The position numbers were made by a program, and so were the translations under genes. 64,000 bases of DNA from contig OY740792.1 in NCBI GenBank assembly GCA_963514005.1, forward strand, positions 21,080,001 through 21,144,000, given 5' to 3'. Positions 1-10,913 of the stretch are shown one piece after another. A model generated the notes under the pieces. That model was not told the DNA's origin. It searched no databases and was given only the letters and a program-made list of their open reading frames with translations. How positions within the stretch are numbered: position 1 is the first letter of the stretch; each line of letters opens with the position of its first letter. This stretch comes from Raja brachyura. Its lineage: Eukaryota.

Positions 1-1420
1 CAATAGCAAGAATGTCCTTCCTCAAATTAGGGGACCAAAACTGCACACAATACTCCAGGTGCGGTCTCACTAGGGCTCTGTACAACTGCAGAAGGACCTC
101 TTTGCTCCTATATTCGATTCCTCTTGTTATAAAGGCCAACATGCCATTCGCTTTCTTCACTGCCTGCTGTACCTGCATGCTTACTTTCATAGATTGATGT
201 ACAAGGACCCCCAGATCCCGTTGTACTTCCCCTTTTCCCAACTTGACCCCATTTGGATAGTAATCTGCCTTCCTGTTTTTGCTACCAAAGTGGATAAGCT
301 CACATTTATCCGCATTAAACTTCATCTGCCATGCATCTGCCCACTCCCCCAACCTGTACAAGTTACCCTGCATTCTCATAGCATCCTCCTCACAGTTCAC
401 ACTGCCATCCAGCTTTGTGTCATCTGCAAATTTGCTAATGTTACTTTGAATCCCTTCATCCAAATCATTGATGTATATTGTAAATAGCTGCGGTCCCAGC
501 ACCGTGCCTTGCGGTACCCCACTAGTCACTGCCTGCCATTCTGAAAGGGACCCATTAATCCCTACTCTTTGTTTCCTGTCTGCCAACCACTTCACTATTC
601 ATGTCAGCACTCTACCCCCAATACCATGTGCCCTAATTTTGCCCACTAATCTCCTATGTGGCACTTTATCAAATACTTTCTGAAAGTCCAGGCACACTAC
701 ATCCACTGGCTCTCCCTTGTCCATTTTCCTAGTTACATCTGCAAAAAATTCCAGAAGATTAGTCAAGCAGGATTTCCCCTTCGTAAATCCATGCCGACTC
801 GGACTGATCCTGTTACTGCTATCCAAATGTGCGGCTATCTCATCTTTTATAATTGACTCCAGCATTTTCCCCACCACTGATGTCAGGCTAACTGGTCTAT
901 AATTCCCCATTTTCTCTTTCCCGCCTTTCTTAAAAAGTGGGATAACATTAGCTACCCTCCAATCCACAGGAACTGACCCTCAGTCTATAGAACATTGGAA
1001 AATTATCACCAATGCATCCACGATTTCCAGAGCCACTTCCTTAAGTACCCTGGGATGCAGACCATCAGACCCTGGGGATTTATCAGCCTTCAGTCCCATC
1101 AGTCTCTCCAACACCATTTCCTGCCTAATGTGGATTTCCTTCCGTTCCCCTGTCACCCCAGATCCTCTGGCTACTACGATATCAGGAAGATTATTTGTGT
1201 CCTCCTTAGTGAAGACAGATCCAAAGTACCTGTTCAACTCATCTGCCATTTCCTTGTTCCTCATAATAAATTCACTTTTTTCAGTCTTCATGGGTCCAAC
1301 TTTGGTCTTAACTAATATTTTCCTCTTCACATACCTAAAGAAGCTTTCACTATCCTGCTTTATATTCTTAGCTAGCTTACCTTCGTACCTTATCTTTTCT
1401 CCCCGTATGGTCTTTTTGGT
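1..1420 (-). mobile_element. CR1-clade LINE ORF2 fragment (RT), 5'-truncated, inserted in an intron of the tandem array; runs off the window start
   Basis: Minus ORFs 980..1462 and 599..967 give KADKSPGSDGLHPRVLKE, NYRPVSLTSVVGK, HGFTKGKSCLTNLLEFF and DFQKVFDKVPH, typical CR1 ORF2. Array intron sequence resumes at ~1421. Confidence 0.92.
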
Positions 1421-1829
1421 TAAGTAGTTTCCTATGTATATTAGCATATTGAATACTATCATTATTTAATACAGTATGGGACAAAATCATCGAGCACATT
1501 TGAATGATACGAGAACCTAATAGAGCGATCCCATCAGTCCCATACCCCCTCGTATTTCCTTGCAACACTCACTCACATTGTTGCCAACAATGACGAAGCA
1601 AGTTAAGGAGAGACCATAACTGCACAGTATTTTGTGTTTTCCAGGCTCTTCCATGGGCTTACACACAACCAATCCAGATATTCATATAAATATTCATGTA
1701 AAAGCATAATGGCATCTGTGGCACATGTTCACACTTTTTTCCATAAATGTGATAAACCTAAGCATGCACTTTTGATGATTTGCTCCATTGCTTATTTCAA
1801 ACATAGAATACACATATTGTTAGGACTAC

Positions 1830-1973
1830 CTGAAAATTCTGCCTCTCCTATCTTAGCAGGTTCAAGTTCTGGGATTGGTTTGATCACACTGGGAATGTCT
1901 GTGGCTTGCCGTTCATAGCCAGATATTAAAGAGAACACTGTAGTTGTGTGAGAAGTTGACAATTCATGGTCTT
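1830..1973 (-). CDS. 144-nt phase-1 mucin-like repeat exon, unit 1 (EDHELSTSHTTTVFSLISGYERQATDIPSVIKPIPELEPAKIGEAEFS)
   Basis: Acceptor tttttatccgtag|AA, donor TCAG|gtagtc, open frame, 48 codons. Confidence 0.85.
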
Positions 1974-2442
1974 CTACGGATAAAAAGGAAGCCAAGTTAC
2001 AAAATTCTAAGCATCTTCTGAATGTACACCTGCACTAAGTAGTTCCCTATGAATACTAGCTAATTGAAAATAATCATTACTTAATTATTTAATGCAGTAA
2101 GGAACAAAGTCATCCAGCTCATTAGCATGATATGTGAACCAAACAGAGCGATCCCATCAGTCTCATACCGCCTCTTATTTCCTTGCAAGCCTCTCTCACA
2201 TTGTCGCCAACAATGACGAAGCAAGTTAAGGAAAGACAGCTAAGTGTACACTATGCTGTGTTTTGCATGCTCTTCCATGACTCACACATAGCCAATACAA
2301 ATATTCACATAAACACCTAGCATGCCATCTGTGGCACATGTCCAGAATTTTGTCCTTAATTGTGATAAACCTAAGCATGCACTTTTAATTATTTACTCCA
2401 TTGCTTATTTCAAACATGGAATACACATATTGTCAGAACTAC

Positions 2443-2586
2443 CTGTAACATCTGCCTCTCCTATCTTTGTAGGATCGGCTTCTGGGATTGGATTGATCAC
2501 ACTGGGAATGTCTGTGGCTTGCCGTTCATAACCAGATATTGAAGTGAACACTTTAGTCGTGTGTAAAGTTGATAATTCATGGTCTT
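2443..2586 (-). CDS. 144-nt phase-1 repeat exon, unit 2 (EDHELSTLHTTKVFTSISGYERQATDIPSVINPIPEADPTKIGEADVT)
   Basis: Acceptor ttttatccttag|AA, donor ACAG|gtagtt, open frame. Confidence 0.85.
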
Positions 2587-4401
2587 CTAAGGATAAAACG
2601 GAAGCCAAATTACAAAATTCTAAATATATTCTGAACATACACCTGTGCTGAGTAATTTCCTATGTATATTAGCATATTGAACACTATAATTATTTAATTA
2701 TTTAATACAGTATGCATCAAAATCATCCAGCTCATCTGAATGATACGAGAACCTAATAGAGCGATCCCATGAGTCCCATGTCCCCTCGTATTTCCTTGCA
2801 ACACTCACTCACATTGTTGCTAACAATGACGAAGCAAGTTAAGGAAAGACCATAAAGGCCCTTTCTCACGGTGCGAGTCATCCCACGAGTGACCCCAAGT
2901 GAAAGAAAAAAAAACAGACTCGTGGTTGTGTACGAGATCTCAAGTTTATGATCAAGTGTTTAACCGAGTTCCCACGGGTATATCAATGCTGCGATGTTCC
3001 AACTTACTCTCCCGAGTTAACAAGTTCCACTCCCGTTACTCTTGAGCCAACCGTGAATGAAGGTAAGTGTGTGAGGGGTGAGAAGTCCATGCCGGGTGCC
3101 GGCCGGCTGCAGCCGCTGTTCAGATTGTTGGGAGACGGAGCTCAGGGTTCGCCTCTTGAGCTGCTTTGGTGCCCAGGCGTAAGTTGAGGTGGAAGGTGGT
3201 TGGGGGTTGGTGGGAGGCTGACAGACAAGGCTCTTGGGTGCTGGGATCATTCTCTGTGGAATGGTCTTTGTGTGGGAGACATGTGTAGGAGAGGTGTGCT
3301 GACTGCAGGCAAACACTTTGGTAGTGATTGCCCACCAGTCTCAAAAGCCGCTGTGTCTCCCTCCACGTCCCCCTCCACGCCAACACAAAGGGCAACGATC
3401 CCACTTGTCAGCATTAAACTCCAGCCTCTTACCGACTTCATGTCGGCGACTATCCCAAGGCTTCAGACGGAAGGCAGACGCAACAAGCTGGAGTAACAAC
3501 GCGGGCCAGGTAACATCTCTGGAGAACGTGGGTAGGTGAAGGTGACGTTTCAGATAAGGGCTCATCTTCTGAAGAAGGATCTCGACCCACTGAATTACTC
3601 CAGCAGTGTTAAAGAAGGAACTGCAGATGCAGCAACATCGAGCGTACACAAAATTCTGAAGAAACTCAGCGGGTGCAGCAGCATCTATAGAGCGAAGGGA
3701 TGGGTGACAGAAGGGTCTCGACCTGCTGAAATTCTCCAGCATTTGGATCTAAACATCACCCATCCCTTCCCTTCAGAGATGCGGCCTGTCCCGCTGAGTT
3801 ACTCCAGCTTCTTTGTGTCCATCGTTGAATGGGTGACATTTCGGGTCGAGACCCTTCTTCGGACTGAAAATAAAACTTGCCTTGCGTGAAGCGGCTTGTA
3901 AATTAAAACATAAAAACAAGAAATGCTAAAGGTTGACTCATTTATGTGCTGCTATTCATTTACCTGGCCTGTTGCTGTCCTCCCTCGTCCACCGCGCTGG
4001 ATAAATCACCGGGTGCAAAACTCCGCTGCATCCTGGGCGGAGGGCGATGATCACCCGACTGACCGGCAAGTAGAGGCGGCGGGTCGGCCAAGCCCGGCTC
4101 CCCGCCACCGGGATAGACACCAACTACTGGAGTAAACTCAGCAGGGTCTCTGGAGAAGTCTGAAGTAGGGTCTCGACCTGAAATCTCACAAATCCCATCT
4201 CTCCAGAGATGCTGCCTGTCCCTCGGAGTTACTCCAGCATTGTGTGTGTCTATCTTCGGTGTAAACCAGCATCTGCAGTTCCTTCCCAATCCCACACTCT
4301 CGGCCCCGGGGGGTGGATGGAGCATCACACGTGGACACAACCCACTCACCGCCCCAGACTTGCCCCTCCGGTAGGTCTTTAACCGCGTCCTAAAGCCGTT
4401 C

Positions 4402-4592
4402 GTGTTAAAGAAGGAACTGCAGATGCTGGAGAATCGAGGGTTACACAAAAAGCTGGAGAAACTCAGCGGGTGCAGCAGCATGAAGAAGGTCAGCAGGTCT
4501 GAAGAAGGGTCTCGACCCGAAACGTCGCCTATCTCTTGCGCTCCTTAGATGCAGCTGCACCCGCTGAGTTTCTCCAGCTTTTTGTGTTATCC
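4402..4592 (+). mobile_element. Short Penelope-type (pLTR-derived) element with inverted arms and a hammerhead motif
   Basis: Same family as 43541..43766. Flanked by imperfect direct repeats taaagccgttc / tactgccgttc. Confidence 0.65.
4495..4530 (+). ncRNA. Minimal type I hammerhead ribozyme motif
   Basis: AGGU-CUGAAGA-A-GGGU(CUCG)ACCC-GAAA-CGUC-GCCU: conserved core, 4-bp stem II, palindromic ACGU stem III, GUC cleavage triplet and 4-bp stem I. Confidence 0.65.
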
Positions 4593-5363
4593 TACTGCCG
4601 TTCATTGAGACGAATACGAAGCCACGGGGCAGGTGCCTCAGTAATAAAGGACAAGTTGCAGATCATCGCAGAAAGGCCGAAGATAGACACAAAATGCTGG
4701 AGTGGGACAGGCCGCATCTCTGGAGAGAAGGAATGGGTGGCGTTTCGGGTAAGTCTGAAGAAGAGTCACGACTCCATTCCTTCTCTCCAGAGATGCTGCC
4801 TGGTCCGCTGAGTTTCTATCTTTGGGTCAGTCTTTACTCGAGCGAACGAACAGATTATAAGAAAGTTCCCACGGTAGACTTACGAGTCACTAAGGTAAAC
4901 GCACGGGCCACTACGTTACTACGAGTTTAAATGTTTCCATTTTTAACTTGAAGAGTTAATTTGACTCGTGGAAAAAATCAAACATGTTTGATTTTTTTCC
5001 ACGAGTTAACAAGCTTCCCGAGTACCTGCCGTTAGCGCCACGAGTCGATAAGTTGCTCGTGCGAGTTCCGACGTTCCCACGACGTGATCACCACGCGTGA
5101 AAACTCAGGGTCACTCGTGGGCCAACTCGCACCGTGAGACAGGGGTTTAAGTGCACAGTATGTTTGTGTTTTCCAGGCTCTTCCATGGGCTTACACACAA
5201 CCAATCCAAATATTCACATAAACGTTCATGTAAAAGCATAACATGGCATCTGTGGTACGTGTCCAGACTTTTTCCTTAATTGTGATAAATCTAAGAATGC
5301 ACTTTTTTATTATTTGCTCCATTGTTTACTTCAAACATAAAATACACAGATTGTTGGAACTAC

Positions 5364-5507
5364 CTGCAAATTCTGCCTGTCCTATCTTAGCAGGATCAGG
5401 TTCTGGGATTGGATTGATCACACTGGGAATGTCTGTGGCTTGCCGTTCGTAGCCAGATATTAAAGAGAACGCTGTAGTTGTGTGAGAAGTTGACAATTCA
5501 TGGTCTT
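5364..5507 (-). CDS. 144-nt phase-1 repeat exon, unit 3 (EDHELSTSHTTTAFSLISGYERQATDIPSVINPIPEPDPAKIGQAEFA)
   Basis: Acceptor ccttag|AA, donor GCAG|gtagtt, open frame. Confidence 0.85.
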
Positions 5508-5974
5508 CTAAGGATAAAATGGAAGCCAAGTTACACAATTCTAAACATCTTCTGAATGTGCACCTGCACCAAGTAGTTTCCTATGAATATTAGCACATTG
5601 TGAATAATCATCACTTAATTATTTAATACAGTAAGGAACAGTCATCCAGCTCATTAGAATTATATGAAAACCTAACAGAGCGATCCCATCAGTCTCATAC
5701 CGCCTCTTATTTCCTTGCAAGGCTCTCTCACATTGTCGCCAACAATGATGAAGCAAGTTAAGGAAAGACAGCTAAGTGTACAGTATGCTCTGTATTGCAT
5801 GCTCTTCCATGACTCACACATAGCCAATACAAATGTTAACATAAACGCCTAGCATGGCTTCTATGGCACCTGTCCAGAAATGTTTCCTTAATTATGATAA
5901 ACCTAACCATGCACTTCCATTTATTTTCTCCATTGCATATTTCAAACATAGAATACACATATTGTTAGAACTAC

Positions 5975-6118
5975 CTGTAAATTCTGCCTCTCCTATCTTA
6001 GCAGGATCGGTTTCTGGGATTGGATTAATCACACTGGGAATGTCTGTGGCTTGCCGTTCATAGGCAGATATAAAAGAGAACACTGTAGTTGTGTGCGAAG
6101 TTGACAATTCATGGTCTT
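5975..6118 (-). CDS. 144-nt phase-1 repeat exon, unit 4 (EDHELSTSHTTTVFSFISAYERQATDIPSVINPIPETDPAKIGEAEFT)
   Basis: Acceptor ccttag|AA, donor ACAG|gtagtt, open frame. Confidence 0.85.
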
Positions 6119-6323
6119 CTAAGGATAAAAAGTAAGCCAAATTACAAAATTCTAAACATCTTCTGAATGTACACCTGCACTAAGTTTCCTATGTATATTA
6201 GCACATTGTACATTATCATTACTTATTTATTTAATACAGTATGGAACAAAGTCATCCAACTCATTAGAAATATACGAGAACCTAACAGAGCAATCCCATC
6301 AGTCTCATACCACCTCATATTTC

Positions 6324-8101
6324 AATAGACAATAGACAATAGGTGCAGGAGTAGGCCATTCGGCTCTTTGAGGCACAACCGCCGTTCAATATGATCATGG
6401 CTGATTATCCACAATCAGTACCCCGCCTTCTCCCCATATCCCTTGGCTCCGCTATCTTTAAGAGCTGTATCTAACTCTCTTTTGAAAGCATCCAGAGAAC
6501 CTGCCTTCACCACCCTCAGGGAGGCACAGAATTCCACAGACTCACAACTCTCGGTGTGAAAAAGTATTTCCTCATCTCCATTCTAAATGGCTTACCACTT
6601 ACCACATGGTTTACCAGGAAAACATTCTTTACACAGAGAGTGGTGAGTCTCTGGAATTCTCTGCCACAGAAGGTAGTTGAGGCCAGTTCATTGGCTATAT
6701 TTAAGAGGGCGTTAGATGTGGCACTTGTGGCTAAAGGGATCAGGGGGTATGGAGAGAAGGCAGGTACGGGATACTGAGTTGGATGATCAGCCATGATCAC
6801 ATTGAATGGCGGTGCAGGCTCGAAGGGCCGAATGGCCTACTCCTGCACCTATTTTCTATGTTTCTATGTCTATGTTTAATCTTAAACTGTGGCCCCTGGT
6901 TCTGGACTCCCCCAACATCAGGAACATGTTTCCTGCCTCTAGTGTGTCCAAACCCTTAATAATCTTATATGTTTCAATAAGATCCCCTCTCATCCTTCTA
7001 AATTCCAGAGTATACAAGTCCAGCCGCTCCATTCTATCAACATAGGACAGTCCCGCCATCCCGGGAATTAACCTTGTGTACCTACGCTGCACTCCCTCAA
7101 TAGCAAGAATGTCCTTCCTCAAATTTGGAGACCAAAACTGCACACAGTACTCCAGGTGTAGTCTCACTAGGACCCTGGACCAGAAGGACCTCTTTGCTCA
7201 TATGCTCAACTCCTCTTGTTATGAAGGCCAACATGCCATTCGCTTTCTTCACTGCCCGCTGTGCCTGCATGTTTACTTTCAGTGACTGATGAACAAGGAC
7301 TCCCCAGATCCCGTTGTACTTCGCCTTTTTCCAACTTGTCACCAGTTAGATAATAATCTGCCTTCCTGTTTTTGCCACCGATGTGGATAACCTAACATTT
7401 ATCCACATTAAAATGCATCTGCCATGCAACCTGCCCACCCATCCAAACGGTCCAAGTCACCCTGCATCCTCATAGAATCCTCCACACATTTCACACTGCC
7501 ACCCAGCTTTGTGTCATCTGCAAATTTGCTAATGTTACTTTCAATGCCTTCATCTAAATCATTAATATATATTGTAAATAGCTGCGGTCCCAGCACGGAG
7601 CCTTGCGGTACCCCACTAGTCACTGCCTGCCATTCTGAAAGGGACCCATCAATCCCTACTCTGTTTCCTGCCTGCTAACCGATTTTCTATCCATGTCAGC
7701 ACACTACCCTTGTACCATGTGATCTAATTTTGCCCACTAATCTCCTATGTGGCACCTTATCAAATGCTTTCTGAAAGTCCAGGCACACCACATCCACTGG
7801 CTCTCCCCTGTCCATTTTCCCAGTTACATCCTCAAAAAATTCCAGAATATTAGTCAAGCATGATTTCCCCTTCATAAATCCATGCTGACTTGGACTGATC
7901 CTGCTACTGCAATCCAAATGTGCGGCTATTTCATCTTTTATAATTGACTCCAGCATCTTCCCCACCACAGACGACTGGCTAACTAGTCTATAATTCCCTG
8001 TTTTCTCTTTCCCTCCTTTCTTAAAAAGTGGGATAACATTAGCTACCCTCCAACCCACAGGAACTGATCCTGAATCTTTAGGATCCAATCCAAAGTACCT
8101 G
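6324..8101 (-). mobile_element. CR1 LINE (5'-truncated, frameshifted RT, 3' tail at left) inserted between units 4 and 5
   Basis: (caataga)n tail at 6323-6341. Minus ORFs give [31 protein letters not shown] and NYRLVSQSSVVGK. Array sequence resumes at ~8102. Confidence 0.9.
6610..6874 (+). mobile_element. Younger CR1 3' end nested in opposite orientation in the previous CR1
   Basis: FFTQRVVSLWNSLPQKVVEA...GY*, a 3' UTR and a ctatgtttctatgtctatg tail on plus. The host CR1 continues on both sides. Confidence 0.8.
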
Positions 8102-8377
8102 TTCCTTGCAACACTCTCTCACATTGTCGCCAACAACAAAGAAGCAAATTAAGGAAGGATATCTGTGTGTCGAGTATGTTTGTGTTTTCCAGGCTCTTCC
8201 ATATCTTACACACAACCAATACAAATATTCACATAAATATTCATGTAAAAGCATACCTGGCATCTGCGGCACATGTCCAGACTTTTTTCCTTAATTGTGA
8301 TAAACCTAAGCATGCACTTTTAATCATTTGCTCCATTGCTTACTTCAAACATAAAATACACAGATTGTTAGAACTAC

Positions 8378-8521
8378 CTGTAACATCTGTCTCTCCATTG
8401 TTAGTAGGATCGGGTTCTGGGATTGGATTGATCACACTGGGAATGTCTGTGGCTTGCCGTTCATAGCCAGATATTAAATTGAACACTTTAGTTGTGTGAG
8501 AAGTTGATAATTCATGGTCTT
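8378..8521 (-). CDS. 144-nt phase-1 repeat exon, unit 5 (EDHELSTSHTTKVFNLISGYERQATDIPSVINPIPEPDPTNNGETDVT)
   Basis: AG/GT intact, open frame. Confidence 0.85.
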
Positions 8522-8997
8522 CTAAGGATAAAAAGGAAGCCAGATTACAAATTCTAAATATCTTAAGAACATACACCTGCGCCAAGTAGTTTCCTATGTA
8601 TATTAGCACATTGAACACTACCATTACATAATTAATTAATACAGTATGGAACAAAATCATCCAGCACATTTGAATGATACAAGAAACTAATAGAGCGATC
8701 CCTTCAGTCCCATACCCCTCTTATTTCCTTGCAACACTCACTCACATTGTCGCCAACAATGACAAAGCAAGTTAAGGAAAGACCATAAGTGCAGTTTGTT
8801 TGTGTTTTCCAGGCTCTTCCAAGACTTACACGCAACCAATACAAATATTGACATAAATATTCATGTAAAAGCATAACATGGCATCTGTGGCACGTGTCCA
8901 GACTTTTTCCCTTAATTTTGATAAACATAAGCATGCACTTTTGATTATTTGCTCCATGCTTACTTCAAACATAAAATACACAGATTGTTAGAACTAC

Positions 8998-9141
8998 CTG
9001 TAACATCTGTCTCGACTATCTTAGTAGGATCGGATTCGGGGATTGGATTGATCACATTGGGAATGTCTGTGGCTTGCCGTTCATAGCCAGATATTAAAGT
9101 GAACAGTTTAGTTGTGCGAGAAGTTGATAATTCATCGTCTT
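8998..9141 (-). CDS. 144-nt phase-1 repeat exon, unit 6 (EDDELSTSRTTKLFTLISGYERQATDIPNVINPIPESDPTKIVETDVT)
   Basis: AG/GT intact, open frame. Confidence 0.85.
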
Positions 9142-9570
9142 CTAAGGATAAAAAGGAAGCCATATTACAAAATTCTAAATATCTTGTAAACGTACACCTG
9201 ATGCTTAGTAGTTTCCTATGTACATTAGCACACTGAACACTACCATGACTTAATTATTTAATACAGTACAGAACAAAGTCATTCCGCCCATTGGAATTGT
9301 ATGGTAACCTAACAGAGCAATCCCATCAGTCTCATACCGCCTCTTATTTCCTGGCAACGCTCTCTCACATTGTCGCCAACATGCTGTGTTTTGTATGTTC
9401 TTCCTTGCCTTACACATAACCAAAACAAATATTCACATAAACGCCTAGCATGGCATCTGTGGCACCTGTCCAGACAATTTTCCTTAATTATGATAAACCT
9501 AACCATGCACTTCCAATTATTTACTCCATTGCTTATTTCAAAAGTAGAATACACATATTGTTAAAACTAC

Positions 9571-9714
9571 CTGTAAATTCTGCCTCTCCTATCTTAGTAG
9601 AATCAGTTTCTGGGATTGGATTAGTCACACTGGGAATGTCTGTGGCTTGCCGTTCATAGCCAGATATTAAATTGAACACTTTAGTTGTGTGAGAAGTTGA
9701 CAGTTCATGGTCTT
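9571..9714 (-). CDS. 144-nt phase-1 repeat exon, unit 7 (EDHELSTSHTTKVFNLISGYERQATDIPSVTNPIPETDSTKIGEAEFT)
   Basis: AG/GT intact, open frame. Confidence 0.85.
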
Positions 9715-10196
9715 CTAAGGATAAAAAGTATGCCAAATCACAAAATTCTAAATATCTTCCAAACGTACACCTGACACTGAGTAGTTTCCTATGCATATTA
9801 GCACATTGAACACTACCATTAGTTAATTATTTATATAGTATGGAACAACGTCCTCCAGCTCCTGGGAATTATATGAGAACCTAATAGAGCGATTCCATCA
9901 GTCCCATACCGCCTGCTTTTTCCTTGCAACAATCACGCACATTTTTGCCAACAATGATGCAGCAAGTTAAGGATAGACATCTAAGGGTACAGTATGTTTC
10001 AGTTTTCCTGGCTCTTCCATGCCTTACACACAACCAACACAAATATTTACATAAATATTAATGTAAAAGCATAACATGGCATCTGTGGCACGTGTCCAGA
10101 TTTCTTTCCTTAATTGTGATAAACCTAAGCATGCACTTTTAATTTTTTACTCTATTGTTTACTTCAAACATAGAATACACATATTGTTAGGACTAC

Positions 10197-10340
10197 CTGT
10201 AAATTCTGCCTCTCTTATCTTAGCAGGATCAGGTTCTGGGATTGGATTGATCACACTGGGAATGTCTGTGGCTTGCTGCTCATGGCCAGATACTAAAGTG
10301 AACACTGTAGTTGTGTGAGAAGTTGACAGGTCATGGTCTT
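10197..10340 (-). CDS. 144-nt phase-1 repeat exon, unit 8 (EDHDLSTSHTTTVFTLVSGHEQQATDIPSVINPIPEPDPAKIREAEFT)
   Basis: Acceptor ccatag|AA, donor ACAG|gtagtc, open frame. Confidence 0.85.
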
Positions 10341-10769
10341 CTATGGATAAAAAGGAAGCCAAGTTACAAAATTCTAAATATCTTTTAAACGTACACCTGA
10401 CGTTTAGTAGTTTCCTATGTACATTAGTATATTGAACACTACCATTACTTAATTATTTAATACAGTACAGAACAAAGTCATCCCGCCCATTGGAATTATT
10501 TGGGAACCTAACAGAGCAATCCCATCAGTCTCATACCGCCTCTTATTTCCTGGCAACGCTCTCTCACATTGTCGCCAACATGCTGTGTTTTGTATGTTCT
10601 TCCTTGCCTTACACATAACCAAAAGAAATATTCACATAAACGCCTAGCATGGCATCTGTGGCACCTGTCCAGACAATTTTCCTTAATTATGATAAACCTA
10701 ACCATGCACTTCCAATTATTTACTCCATTACTTATTTCAAAAATAGAATACACATATTGTTAAAACTAC

Positions 10770-10913
10770 CTGTAAATTCTGCCTCTCCTATCTTAGTAGA
10801 ATCGGTTTCTGGGATTGGATTAGTCACACTGGGAATGTCTGTGGCTTGCCATTCATAGCCAGATATTAAATTGAACACTGTAGTTGTGTGAGAAGTTGAC
10901 AGTTCATGGTCTT
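10770..10913 (-). CDS. 144-nt phase-1 repeat exon, unit 9 (EDHELSTSHTTTVFNLISGYEWQATDIPSVTNPIPETDSTKIGEAEFT)
   Basis: AG/GT intact, open frame. Confidence 0.85.

Larger units (their letters stand above)
2856..5147. mobile_element. PIF/Harbinger-type non-autonomous DNA transposon with nested Penelope-type repeats
   Basis: Imperfect ~45-bp TIRs (aggccctttctcacggtgcgagt... / ...actcgcaccgtgagacaggggtt) and TAA on both sides (2853-55, 5148-50). Excision restores the array consensus aaggaaagaccataagtgca. Confidence 0.85.
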
